Assembly (NCBI GenBank): GCA_938024995.1
Contig: CALJDU010000036.1
Coordinates: 17,520 to 81,519, forward strand
DNA: 64,000 nt
DNA from: an uncultured bacterium
Lineage (GTDB): Bacteria > Myxococcota_A > Polyangia > Polyangiales > Houyiibacteriaceae
Reading direction: 5' to 3'
The position numbers and the translations under genes were made by a program. This document shows positions 44,888-54,044 of this stretch, piece after piece (the stretch's first letter is position 1; each line of letters starts with the position of its first letter). The notes under the pieces are model-generated. The model was not told the DNA's origin. It ran no database searches and saw only the letters and a list, made by a program, of their open reading frames with translations.

Positions 44888-45273
44888 GCGTCCTCTTCGG
44901 CGAGCGAGTCCGCCTTCGGGAACACCATGAAGACCAACGTCGGCACACGCTTTCGCGTGATGTCATCCGCGACGACGCCACGGATAAAACCTCGCGCGCG
45001 ATCCAGCCCCTCGGAGAGCTCGGGGCTCCCGCGAAGCGTGACCTCAAGACGACCAAGGTGCGGGGCCGGGATGACCGACTCCACCTCCGCGTCACGCAAG
45101 AGCGACTGGTGAGACAGCGAGAGCGCGAACGCGATCGCTTCGCGAACCTGGGAACAGAACTGGGCGTCTTTCCGGAACATCGGCTCCGGGCCCTCGGACA
45201 GATCAGGACGTTGGCGCCGCGTTCGGCGCCGAGATGATTTTTTGCTCAATGGACAACTCAGAGAAAGGGACAC
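44884..45273 (-). CDS. small RbfA-like (ribosome-binding factor A fold) protein translationally coupled to rtcB; alternative start at ATG 45180
   Basis: Its stop overlaps the rtcB ATG (ATGA). ..SQVREAIAFAL..RDAEVESVIPAPHLGRLEVTL..LDRARGFIRGVVADDITRKRVPTLVFMV follows the RbfA pattern (..VtV.eV.vs.Dl..akVyv..L..a.gfiR..la..l.lr.vPeL.F). Judged by eye only. Confidence 0.5.
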   Translation of the reverse strand: MSLSLSCPLSKKSSRRRTRRQRPDLSEGPEPMFRKDAQFCSQVREAIAFALSLSHQSLLRDAEVESVIPAPHLGRLEVTLRGSPELSEGLDRARGFIRGVVADDITRKRVPTLVFMVFPKADSLAEEDA

Positions 45274-45502
45274 ATCGGTCGGTCCTCACGCAGGTCAAAG
45301 ACCGCGAGGATCGACGTTGGGTGGGGCCCTTCGCGAGGCCGCGAGCGTTCGCTCAAATGAGACGCGAAGCCTAAGCGGCGGGCGAGGAGGGCCGAGTTGT
45401 TTCAATGCGCAGCATGACGTTCTCCTGCCGCCACTGTCATCACGCTTCGGACGGTTGGCAAGCGTAAGTTCTCTTTGAGAAGAACGTGATCACGTTAATC
45501 GC

Positions 45503-45934
45503 ATGACGAAGCGAGCCCTGGAGCGACTGGCGGAACACCTCACGTTGGGAGGAGTGCTCGGGACGCTTCGGGACGACCACGGCGGCTACGACCTGCTCGA
45601 CCATCGCAAACAAGGCGAGTTCCATCACGACGTGTTGGTGCGGGTCACCCTTCGAGGCGGACTCGAAGGAGACGTGTTGTTGGTGTCCACCAACTGCAAC
45701 GGTGGCGTGAAGCAGGTCGCGTGCTTCGCGGATGTCCCGACGCACGATGCGCTCTGGCACGAACGCTGTCCGGACAATGAGGAGTTTCAGGCGGAGGTGT
45801 TGCCGACGCGATTTGGCGAAGTTCGGACCGTGCACTGGTTCGACCCGTGCGGGCTCTTGCTGGACGACGCCCGGAGCGAGTTGAAAGAAGAGCATCGGGC
45901 GCGCCAACGCGGCGGCGGTTGGAAGATGCGCTAG
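45503..45934 (+). CDS. hypothetical protein (143 aa)
   Basis: ATG start with coding-type GC3 bias. No motif recognised. Divergent from the rbfA-like/rtcB pair. Confidence 0.5.
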   Translation: MTKRALERLAEHLTLGGVLGTLRDDHGGYDLLDHRKQGEFHHDVLVRVTLRGGLEGDVLLVSTNCNGGVKQVACFADVPTHDALWHERCPDNEEFQAEVLPTRFGEVRTVHWFDPCGLLLDDARSELKEEHRARQRGGGWKMR

Positions 45935-46710
45935 CTCGCTCTGCTCTCAACGTCTTCCTGCGCGAGCCGCTCCAACAGCGCGCGCGTTTCGTCATCTGCG
46001 GGGAAGTAGGTCTCGATCGACAGCTCTTGTGCGGTGATGTCACTGGGCGTCCCGAGGGTCGTCAGTGTCGTGAAGAGTTTCGCCTCGAGGTCTCCGTTGC
46101 GAAGGTGCAGCGGCAGGAGGAGCGCCGGCGTGAGCGGAGCCGCGGGGCGCGGGAACTGATCCGCGAAGCGAGCGTAGAGCGCACGGGCAACGTGATCGTT
46201 TCGCGCGTCACGGGCGAGCCGCGCCCCGATCGCGCCCGTGATCGAGTCCGGGTCGACGATCACGTGACGCAGCGGGCCGAAGAGCGCCTCGATGATGTTG
46301 ACGCCGTTCATGAGCGGCGCCCCCAAGAACGCGCTGAACAAGCGACGCGCGCCGTTGTTGTGCTCCACGACGTTCCATCCGCGATCGATGACGAGGACGG
46401 GAAACGGCTCGTGTTGGCGCTTGAGGAAGTCGAGCGCGCGTCGCACGGGGACCATCTCATTCGCGCTCAAGCCGCTCTCGCGATAGACCGACGCATAACC
46501 GGCCGCTCGCAGCAGCTCGTTGCGCTCACGAAGCGGTACCTCGAGCACGCTCGCGAGCACGAGCACCATCTCGCGGCTCGGGTTGCTCACGCTTCGCTCA
46601 AGACAGCTGAGGTGCCGCGCGCTGACCTCGGCGTCGCCGGCCAAGCGTTGCTGGGTGTAGCCCCGCGTTCGCCGCCATTGTCGGATCATGAATCCGAACT
46701 GTCCGCTCAT
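45931..46710 (-). CDS. XRE-family HTH regulator with an MmyB-like C-terminal domain
   Basis: IRQWRRTRGYTQQRLAGDAEVSARHLSCLERSVSNPS (HTH_XRE), followed by a ~180-aa MmyB-like region. Confidence 0.8.
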   Translation of the reverse strand: MSGQFGFMIRQWRRTRGYTQQRLAGDAEVSARHLSCLERSVSNPSREMVLVLASVLEVPLRERNELLRAAGYASVYRESGLSANEMVPVRRALDFLKRQHEPFPVLVIDRGWNVVEHNNGARRLFSAFLGAPLMNGVNIIEALFGPLRHVIVDPDSITGAIGARLARDARNDHVARALYARFADQFPRPAAPLTPALLLPLHLRNGDLEAKLFTTLTTLGTPSDITAQELSIETYFPADDETRALLERLAQEDVESRAS

Positions 46711-46826
46711 GGCTGGTTGCTCATGTACGCACGATCGCGCGACGCGGTGGCTTCGGAAAGTACAAACGCATCTTCATGACCTCTGAGGTCATGGAGATAG
46801 ACCGACCGCGGCGCTAGCGTCAGACC

Positions 46827-47150
46827 ATGCTGAAGAAGCCGCTCCTCCTCCTCCTCTTCGTCCCCTTCCTCGCGTTCTCGCTCTTCGTCACGTTCCGAGA
46901 TGGGTACACCGGGTTCATCTCACAGGTCGCGCTCGCCGGCGGCTGGAACACGCAGGTCTTCATCGACCTGTGTCTCTCGCTCCTCCTCCTGTTCGGGTTC
47001 ATCGCGAAGGACTGCAAGACCCGCGGCGTCGCGAGCTGGCCGTACCTCTTGCTGGTTATGACGACGGGGTCGCTGGGTGCGTTCGTCTACTTCCTGGCGC
47101 GACCGCGTCAGGCCTCGAGCGATTCAGCGAGCGCTTCGTCATCTTCGTGA
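46827..47150 (+). CDS. small integral membrane protein (three TM segments)
   Basis: Hydrophobic segments LLLLLFVPFLAFSLFV, VFIDLCLSLLLLFGFI, YLLLVMTTGSLGAFVYFL. Divergent from the MmyB-like regulator. Confidence 0.6.
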   Translation: MLKKPLLLLLFVPFLAFSLFVTFRDGYTGFISQVALAGGWNTQVFIDLCLSLLLLFGFIAKDCKTRGVASWPYLLLVMTTGSLGAFVYFLARPRQASSDSASASSSS

Positions 47151-48199
47151 AGCACGGCGTAGAGCGCGCGCTTGATACGCTCATTATCGGTCTTCTTGAT
47201 CGCGACCCGGATCTTCAGGTCGGCTTGTTTTCGCTGCGCCGTCTTGAGCGCGATCGCCGCGCCCACGCGTTGCTCGAACGAGGCGCCGCGAGCGCGTAAG
47301 GCGCGGACCGCAGCCGCGGGTCTCAACGCGGCGGTTCGCATGCCGGGAAGGGCGCTTCGGCGAATGTGCGCGATGTACTCCTGCGCGCTCTTGTCCCCTC
47401 TGGCGAAGGTCTCGTCTCGGTACGGGCGCGGCTCCTGCGCTCCTTGCGCGAGACGATGAAGCGCGTCCACGAGTGTTTGTCTTCCGGCGCTCGTTAGGTT
47501 TTGGAGCGGGACGCGGACGACCCCCGCGGGGGTCCGAACCTGAAGCCGCCCGCCGCGCAACCCGGAACGGTGAGCGGACGACCTCGGCACGGTCACCTCT
47601 CCGATCTTGAGGCTGTCCGCGAACACTTGGATTCGTCGCGGGTCACGAGAGAGCGCGAACGTGACGAAGTAGGAGAGCGAAGCGAGCCCCGCCGCGAGCG
47701 CGCCTCCGAGCTTGGGGAGCCCTTCATGACTGAGCACGAGCGCGAGCGGGAGGATGCCCAGGTAGAGCCAGCGAGTCGTCTTGAGCGCGCGCTGAATCCG
47801 ACCGACGAAAGAGCTGAGGCGCAGTGACGTGCTGGTCGATCGCGCCTCCGCCAAACTGTGAGAAGCCGGCACGACGAGCTGGCCGTTCGAGGTCTGAACG
47901 AGGACCTTGTCGTCGTCGAGCTCGACGCGTCCCTCCGCGTGACCAAGATGATGCCCGTTGACCTTAATGCCTTCGGCAGAACGCTTAATGGACTTGGCGG
48001 GCGCGGCGTAACGAAGACTCGTCAGGCTGAGCACGCACTCCAGCGTGAACCAGAGGATGCCGAACAAGTGGAGCGCCGCGTCCGGCGCGGCGATCCCGGC
48101 CCCGAGAGCCGCGTACGTGAGGTACGGGACGTAATAGAAGAGCGGGTGCGAGTGATCGAACGCGCAGAGCTCTTTCCCCGGATCCGCTTCGGCGGTCAC
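47108..48199 (-). CDS. membrane protein of unknown function
   Basis: GTG start. Hydrophobic segments near the N-terminus and mid-protein (WLYLGILPLALVL, ALAAGLASLSYFVTFAL). Basic helical C-terminus. Its 3' end overlaps the convergent gene by 43 nt. Confidence 0.6.
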   Translation of the reverse strand: MTAEADPGKELCAFDHSHPLFYYVPYLTYAALGAGIAAPDAALHLFGILWFTLECVLSLTSLRYAAPAKSIKRSAEGIKVNGHHLGHAEGRVELDDDKVLVQTSNGQLVVPASHSLAEARSTSTSLRLSSFVGRIQRALKTTRWLYLGILPLALVLSHEGLPKLGGALAAGLASLSYFVTFALSRDPRRIQVFADSLKIGEVTVPRSSAHRSGLRGGRLQVRTPAGVVRVPLQNLTSAGRQTLVDALHRLAQGAQEPRPYRDETFARGDKSAQEYIAHIRRSALPGMRTAALRPAAAVRALRARGASFEQRVGAAIALKTAQRKQADLKIRVAIKKTDNERIKRALYAVLHEDDEALAESLEA

Positions 48200-48208
48200 G
48201 CGCTCCTG

Positions 48209-48994
48209 TTAGCCCACTTTGCTCGCGACCGCGACGAGCAGCTGCGCGATGCGGTCGTGCGCACCGGCCATGAAGTCGCCCATCTGCGCGGCGGGCATCG
48301 ACGCGAGCGCCATCGGGCCACCGGGCGGGTGCAGGTTCTCCATCATCGGGTCGTTCAGCATGATGTCGCCTTCACTCACCCGAAGGTCGACGCTCTTGAG
48401 GCTGGTCAGCAGCTGCTGCACGTCGGGTTGCATCAGGAGGTTCATCGCGCGCGCCGGGTCGCTCGCGTAGAGCTTGAACCGGTCCCCGAGCGCGGGGATC
48501 GCCATCGTCACCTCTGTTGGATACGCGGGCGTGATCGTGCGCGTGGTCGACGACATGAAGCCCTTCGCCGCGGCGCCGATCCCCATGAGCTTCTTGTCGA
48601 CCAAGTGAAGACCGAAGGCGGGACGCATCGGGATGCTCCACGACGCGGAGTAGGCGACGCCGGTCGCGGTGGTCTCGGTTGCCTGATGGAAGTGAAGCTG
48701 CGTGTTGAGCTGAGGGACCGGGCGCACCAAGTGAATGGGGCGCATCGGGTTTTTGGTTTGCTCCGCGGACATGGCGAGCTGAGCTTCGATCGGTTGCTCA
48801 TAGATCGCGGCGTGTCGGTAGCCCGTGCGGGAAAAGAGCGCGCGATTCATCTCTTCGATCTTTGCGTTCATTCCTCCCCCGCCCATGGCGCCCATACCCA
48901 TGCCCCCGCCGCTCATCTTCATCGCGAAGAAGATCGCGGCGCCAACGACGCACAGAGAGAACAAAACAGAGACGACGGAGATGATCATTCCCAT
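48209..48994 (-). CDS. Met-rich single-pass membrane protein of unknown function
   Basis: ATG 48994 gives MGMIISVVSVLFSLCVVGAAIFFAM (TM helix), then MSGGGMGMGAMGGGGM. The 262-aa protein is roughly 10% Met. The ORF-track start at 49333 adds an Arg-rich non-coding-like extension. Confidence 0.6.
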   Translation of the reverse strand: MGMIISVVSVLFSLCVVGAAIFFAMKMSGGGMGMGAMGGGGMNAKIEEMNRALFSRTGYRHAAIYEQPIEAQLAMSAEQTKNPMRPIHLVRPVPQLNTQLHFHQATETTATGVAYSASWSIPMRPAFGLHLVDKKLMGIGAAAKGFMSSTTRTITPAYPTEVTMAIPALGDRFKLYASDPARAMNLLMQPDVQQLLTSLKSVDLRVSEGDIMLNDPMMENLHPPGGPMALASMPAAQMGDFMAGAHDRIAQLLVAVASKVG

Positions 48995-49077
48995 GGCCTT
49001 GGAGTAGCACAGCGCGTTTCCGGGATGAACCTCAGCGCGGGGGAATGCCGCCGTCGGGAGGTAGCCGCTCTCGCAGG

Positions 49078-50085
49078 CTAGCGGAGCCGAGGGATCGGGA
49101 GACGCGCGATCGCTCCCGCGAGATGGCGACGCGGGATCGAACCGTGCGAGTGCGGCGAGTGAGCGACGACCAGACGGTGGTTGCGGACCGCGATGGGGAG
49201 CTCGTCTTCGGAGGTCTCCAGGTCGACGCGATGCGAAGGGAACGCGCGCGCGAGCGACCGGTTTTCTCGGGCGGTGCCGCCGTTGCCCGTGAAGATGGAG
49301 ACGATGCGGTGGCGCTCGTCGCGCTCGAACCAACGCTCGAAGACCGGGCGGCTGCCATAGAGTGAGTCGAGGAGGACGACCGCGCGAACCGGGATCTCGC
49401 CTTGGTTCAAAATCGTCACGGCGGTTTCGTAACCCGCGCTGTGCGAGACGAGTGTGACCGATTGAAGCTGCGCGGGATCGAGCTCCAGCGCGGTCAGCGT
49501 CTCGGCAACTTGGTCCCGCGCGAACCCGTTTTCGTAGAACCGTCCCGGACTTCCGTCGCGCTCTTTGTAGAGCAGCTGCGGCACGAGGAAAACCGTCGCG
49601 AGCCCCGCGGCGTCATGATGCTCAATGAGCCCCCACCCGGTCTTCTGGCGGTCCCGTCGCCGGCAGCGCGTTCGCCCTGAGAGCGCGAGGACCCGAGCAC
49701 AACCTTGCCACCCATGCAGGAACATCACGACGTGGAGCGGGCCCGACGCGTCGAAGCCCTCCGGGAGATGCGCGATCATGTTGGGCGCGCCATCGGGGAC
49801 CGGGTGCGAGCCGAGGGTGAGCGTGAGCTCCTCGGTCACCGCGGGTCGATCGGTCTTGGCGCGCGGCGTGAGGTCGACCGGTTGGTCCACGAGCGGAGGC
49901 GGGGCGGGGGGCTCCGGCGGCGCTACGGCAACGGGTGGGTCAACCGCTTCGACCGTTCTGGATGGTGGCTCGGCTTCTTCAACCGGCTCGGGTTCAGACG
50001 CCTGCGACGGGGCGCACGCGACGACGAGCGCGCCGAAGAGGAGAGCGCCAAAGCGAACCGAGAACCACACGCCTCTGCGTCGCAC
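49078..50085 (-). CDS. secreted alpha/beta-hydrolase-like lipoprotein
   Basis: Lipobox ALVVAC. Pro-rich linker. Nucleophile-elbow-like LVSHSAGY. ..VMFLHGW.. oxyanion region. Confidence 0.65.
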   Translation of the reverse strand: MRRRGVWFSVRFGALLFGALVVACAPSQASEPEPVEEAEPPSRTVEAVDPPVAVAPPEPPAPPPLVDQPVDLTPRAKTDRPAVTEELTLTLGSHPVPDGAPNMIAHLPEGFDASGPLHVVMFLHGWQGCARVLALSGRTRCRRRDRQKTGWGLIEHHDAAGLATVFLVPQLLYKERDGSPGRFYENGFARDQVAETLTALELDPAQLQSVTLVSHSAGYETAVTILNQGEIPVRAVVLLDSLYGSRPVFERWFERDERHRIVSIFTGNGGTARENRSLARAFPSHRVDLETSEDELPIAVRNHRLVVAHSPHSHGSIPRRHLAGAIARLPIPRLR

Positions 50086-50150
50086 GCCGAGAATCGCTCG
50101 TCAAAGTTCACGGGACGCGCGCCCGACCCGAACTCGATCTAGGATGGAGC

Positions 50151-51140
50151 GTGACCGAACGAACCTCGTCGCTGGCTCCCGCGAACTCGATCCCTGTGTC
50201 GCAGCTCTTGCGCGTCAAAGAGGTCGCTTCACTGACTCGTCTTGTTGCCGGAGCGACGGGTTTGTCGCGCCCGATCGCGCATCCGCGGATTCAGAAATCC
50301 GGCTTGGTGCTCGTGGGTCACAGCGTCGGCATCGTTCCATCGCGGGTCCAGATCCTTGGTGAAACGGAGATCAGCTACCTCGAGTCACTCGATGCGGAGA
50401 CCCGAGCGGCGCGCGCGCGGGGTCTCTTTCAGCTCGCCCTCTCGCTGGTTGTGGTGACGCGCGGGGTGGCGCCTCTGCCGGAGCTCCTCGCCGCGGCGCG
50501 AGAAACGGAGACGCCGTTGGTGATCTCCAGCGCGCGGTCAAGCCGCACGATCAGCGCGCTGCATGGAGCGCTCGATGTGCTCTTGGCGCCTCAAGAGACC
50601 GTGCACGGGGTGCTGATTGATGTTCATGGAATCGGCACGTTGTTGTGCGGCCCGAGCGGGATCGGCAAGAGCGAGTGCGCGCTCTTCTTGGTGGAGCGCG
50701 GTCATCGCTTGGTCGCGGACGATCAGGTCATCCTCAAACGCGACCCCAGCGGCACGATCATCGGTGAGCCGCCCGCGCTCTTGCGTCATCACCTGGAGGT
50801 TCGCGGGGTCGGGATCTTGAATGTGCGTGAGCTCTTCGGCGCGACCGCCGTTCGCGAGCGCTGTGAAGTACAGCTGGTGATCGAGCTTCGGCCAGGCTCT
50901 TCGGCGAGCCCCGATCGCCTCGGGCTCGACCCGCAGGTGGAGCGGGTTTTGGCGACCGAGATCCCCAAGCTGGAGATTCCCGTCCAACCAGGTCGCAACA
51001 TGGCGGTCATCCTTGAGGTCGCCGCGCGAAATGAGCTGCTCAAACGGGCCGGCTTCGACGCTGCGGAGCGGTTCGTGGCGCGACTGGAGCAGGCCACCGG
51101 GGTGGCGGGCGATGGACCCCGCAACGACTCCGAGGAGTAG
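50151..51140 (+). CDS. hprK: HPr kinase/phosphorylase
   Basis: GTG 50151 with AGGA 6 nt upstream. Walker A GPSGIGKSE. ..LVADDQV.., ..HLEVRGVGILNVRELFG... Confidence 0.88.
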   Translation: MTERTSSLAPANSIPVSQLLRVKEVASLTRLVAGATGLSRPIAHPRIQKSGLVLVGHSVGIVPSRVQILGETEISYLESLDAETRAARARGLFQLALSLVVVTRGVAPLPELLAAARETETPLVISSARSSRTISALHGALDVLLAPQETVHGVLIDVHGIGTLLCGPSGIGKSECALFLVERGHRLVADDQVILKRDPSGTIIGEPPALLRHHLEVRGVGILNVRELFGATAVRERCEVQLVIELRPGSSASPDRLGLDPQVERVLATEIPKLEIPVQPGRNMAVILEVAARNELLKRAGFDAAERFVARLEQATGVAGDGPRNDSEE

Positions 51141-51154
51141 GGTACACTCCGCGC

Positions 51155-52033
51155 GTGGCGAACCTGCACGTCGTGGTCGTGACAGGCCTTTCCGGAGCCG
51201 GGCGCAGCACCGCGCTTGGTGTCCTCGAAGACCTTGGATTCTTCTGCATCGACAACCTCCCTCCCGCGCTCGCGCCTGAGGCGGTCTCGATGTTGGCGGC
51301 CGAGGGAGAGCGGGCTCGGCTCGCGCTCGGCGTGGACGTTCGGACCGGCTCGTTCTTGACCGACGCGGCCGCGGTCCTCGATGACCTGACCGCGCAAGGT
51401 CACGACATCGAGCTCGTGTTCTTGGACTGCAGCGACGAGGTCTTGGTGCACCGCTTCAGCGAGACGCGTCGTCCTCACGCGCTCGCGCCCGATGGCGATG
51501 TGCTCGAAGGGATCGGGCGAGAGCGAGAGCGGATCGCGGAGCTCCGCGCGCGGGCGCGCCACGTCGTCGACACAACGGACATGTCTGTGCACGATCTGCG
51601 TCGCGCGATCGTCGGACATATCGCGCGCGGCGGGCCGGGGCGCTCGATGACCGTGCGGATCGTTTCGTTTGGTTTCAAGCACGGCGCGCCGGTGAACGCT
51701 GATCTTGTGTTCGATTTGCGCTTCCTCAAGAACCCTCACTTCGTTCCGGAGCTCCGCCCGAAGACGGGGATCGATCCCGCGGTTTCGGCGTACGTGCTTG
51801 AACAAGAGGACACGCAGAGGTTGCTTGAGCACCTCGTCCCGATGCTCTCGTTTCTCCTCCCGCGCTACGCCGAAGAGGGGAAGGCGTACCTGACGATCGG
51901 CATCGGCTGCACCGGCGGCCGACACCGAAGCGTGGCCGTGAGCGAGGAGCTGGCGACGAAGCTGCGGACGACGTACCGCGGGGGCGACCTGGTCGTCGCG
52001 CACCGCGACAAAGACCGAGTGAAGCGGACGTGA
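51155..52033 (+). CDS. rapZ: RNase adapter protein RapZ
   Basis: VVVTGLSGAGRSTALGVLEDLGFFCIDNLP and ..IGCTGGRHRSV... Confidence 0.9.
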   Translation: MANLHVVVVTGLSGAGRSTALGVLEDLGFFCIDNLPPALAPEAVSMLAAEGERARLALGVDVRTGSFLTDAAAVLDDLTAQGHDIELVFLDCSDEVLVHRFSETRRPHALAPDGDVLEGIGRERERIAELRARARHVVDTTDMSVHDLRRAIVGHIARGGPGRSMTVRIVSFGFKHGAPVNADLVFDLRFLKNPHFVPELRPKTGIDPAVSAYVLEQEDTQRLLEHLVPMLSFLLPRYAEEGKAYLTIGIGCTGGRHRSVAVSEELATKLRTTYRGGDLVVAHRDKDRVKRT

Positions 52034-52302
52034 CGCAGGTCGGGACCTTCACGATCATCAACGAGCTGGGCATGCACGCGCGCGCCGCGGCCAAGCTGGT
52101 CAAGCTAGCGGGCTCGTTCTCGTCGACCGTGCAGCTCGAAAAAGAAGGTCAGGTCGCCGACGCCAAGAGCGTCATGGGCGTGCTCCTTTTGTGCGGCGCG
52201 AAAGGATCGTCGGTAACGGTGCGCGCGACCGGAGAAGACGCGTCCGAGGCGGTCGAAAAGATCGGCGCGCTGATCGCGGACCGTTTCGGAGAGCCGCGTT
52301 GA
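52030..52302 (+). CDS. ptsH: HPr-family phosphocarrier protein
   Basis: GTGA overlap with rapZ. His-15 context NELGMHARAAA and Ser-46 context DAKSVMGVL are both present. Confidence 0.9.
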   Translation: MTQVGTFTIINELGMHARAAAKLVKLAGSFSSTVQLEKEGQVADAKSVMGVLLLCGAKGSSVTVRATGEDASEAVEKIGALIADRFGEPR

Positions 52303-54044
52303 GGACGCTGTTCCGCGGCTTCTCGGCCTGTGCCGGGACCGCGGTGGGGTCCGCGGTCGTGATCTCACGAGGCCGCGCGGTGCGGAAGACACCGGCGGGA
52401 GACATCGCCGCGGAGCATCAACGCCTGGCCGAGGCGATGGAGGGTGCGCGGGCCGAGCTCACGAACGCGCGGGCAGAGCTCGCCGGGCACGACGCAGAGC
52501 TGGTCCTCAACGTCCACTTGATGATGCACGGGGACGACCTCTTGGCGCGTGCGATCAAGCGCCGCATCGACGACGAAGGGGTCAGCGCGGACTGGGCGCT
52601 TCGAGCCGCGGTGGACGAGCTCAAGTCGCCGCTGCTCGCTTCGTCAGCGAGCTACTTTCGGGAACGCGCAGAAGACATCGAGCATGTGGGTCAGCACATT
52701 CTGCGGCACCTGCGAGGGGAGACGCTGACGCTCCCGAACGGCGGCAACGTGCTCGTGACCCATGAGCTCTCTCCCGCCGACGCGGTCCAGCTCTTGAGCA
52801 CCGGGAACGTAGAGGGGCTCGTGACCGCGACAGGGAGCGCGCGAAGCCACACCGCGATCTTGGCGCGCGCGTTTGACGTGCCGACGGTGGTGGGCGCGCG
52901 CGGGATCGTGTCCGCGGTGCGTGACGCCGAGCGCTTGATCGTTGACGGAACCAACGCGCGCGTGATCGTCGGACCGACCGCGCGTGAGGCCGATGAGGTG
53001 GCCGCCCGGGGCGCGCGATATCGCGCCTATCGATCGTCGCTCGTGAGCGAGGGCGGAGACGCGGTCAGCGTTGATGGGGTGGAGGTCACGCTGCGCGCCA
53101 ACGTTGAGCTGCCTCGAGAAGCGTCGCGGGCGGTTCGGTGCGGTGCCCGCGGCATCGGTCTGTTGCGTAGCGAGTTCCTCTACTTGGACGCGGACGAACC
53201 GCCCAGCGAGGACGCTCAGGTCGCGGCATATCGGGAAGCTGCACGAGCGGTCGGCGATGTGGTGGTGGTACGGACCTTCGACCTCGGCGGAGACAAGCTT
53301 CCCTCCGGGCACCGCCTCGGGCATTCCCGCAATCCCGCCCTCGGGCTCCGCGCGATTCGCCTCACGATGTGGCGGGGTTCCCTGATGAGGACGCAGCTCC
53401 GCGCGGTCCTTCGCGCCGCTCATCAGCACGAAATTCGGGTGCTCTTCCCCTTGGTCTCGACGGTGTCCGAGCTCCGCGCGGTGAAGGTCTTGCTCGAGGA
53501 GTGCCGCGCGGAACTCAGAGATCGCGAGGAGCCCTTTGGTGACGTCGCGGTTGGCGCGATGATCGAGGTCCCCTCGGCTGCGCTTCAAGTCTGCGCGATC
53601 AGCGAAGAGGTCGACTTCCTCGCGGTCGGGACCAACGACCTGATCCAGTACACGCTCGCCGTCGATCGTTCTGATCCGAGGCTCGCTCATCTCGCGGATC
53701 CGCTCTCGCCAGCGATCCTTTCACTGCTCCACAGCATCCGCGTCGCGGCAGAAACGTCAGGGCGCCCGGTGTCGATCTGCGGAGACGTGGCGACCCATCC
53801 CCTCGCGCTCCCGCTCGCGCTTGGCTTGGGCTATCGCGAATTCTCGGTTCCGCCCTCCGCGCTCGTGTTCGTTCGGGAGTGCATCCGGCGCGTGGAGGTT
53901 AAGCAGCTCGCAGAGATGGCGACCGAGGCGCTCACGTTACGAACAGCGGCGGAGGTGAAGGCCTTGATCGACGCGACGGTGGGCGACGCGCTGCGAACGC
54001 TCTGGACCGAGCAAGGGATCGCGGATCCTGTCTCGCCGATCTAA
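52299..54044 (+). CDS. ptsI: phosphoenolpyruvate-protein phosphotransferase (PTS enzyme I)
   Basis: TTG 52299 overlaps the ptsH stop. ..GSARSHTAILARAFDVPTVVG.. (active-site His), ..VGTNDLIQYTLAVDR.., ..FDLGGDK... Confidence 0.88.
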   Translation: MRTLFRGFSACAGTAVGSAVVISRGRAVRKTPAGDIAAEHQRLAEAMEGARAELTNARAELAGHDAELVLNVHLMMHGDDLLARAIKRRIDDEGVSADWALRAAVDELKSPLLASSASYFRERAEDIEHVGQHILRHLRGETLTLPNGGNVLVTHELSPADAVQLLSTGNVEGLVTATGSARSHTAILARAFDVPTVVGARGIVSAVRDAERLIVDGTNARVIVGPTAREADEVAARGARYRAYRSSLVSEGGDAVSVDGVEVTLRANVELPREASRAVRCGARGIGLLRSEFLYLDADEPPSEDAQVAAYREAARAVGDVVVVRTFDLGGDKLPSGHRLGHSRNPALGLRAIRLTMWRGSLMRTQLRAVLRAAHQHEIRVLFPLVSTVSELRAVKVLLEECRAELRDREEPFGDVAVGAMIEVPSAALQVCAISEEVDFLAVGTNDLIQYTLAVDRSDPRLAHLADPLSPAILSLLHSIRVAAETSGRPVSICGDVATHPLALPLALGLGYREFSVPPSALVFVRECIRRVEVKQLAEMATEALTLRTAAEVKALIDATVGDALRTLWTEQGIADPVSPI

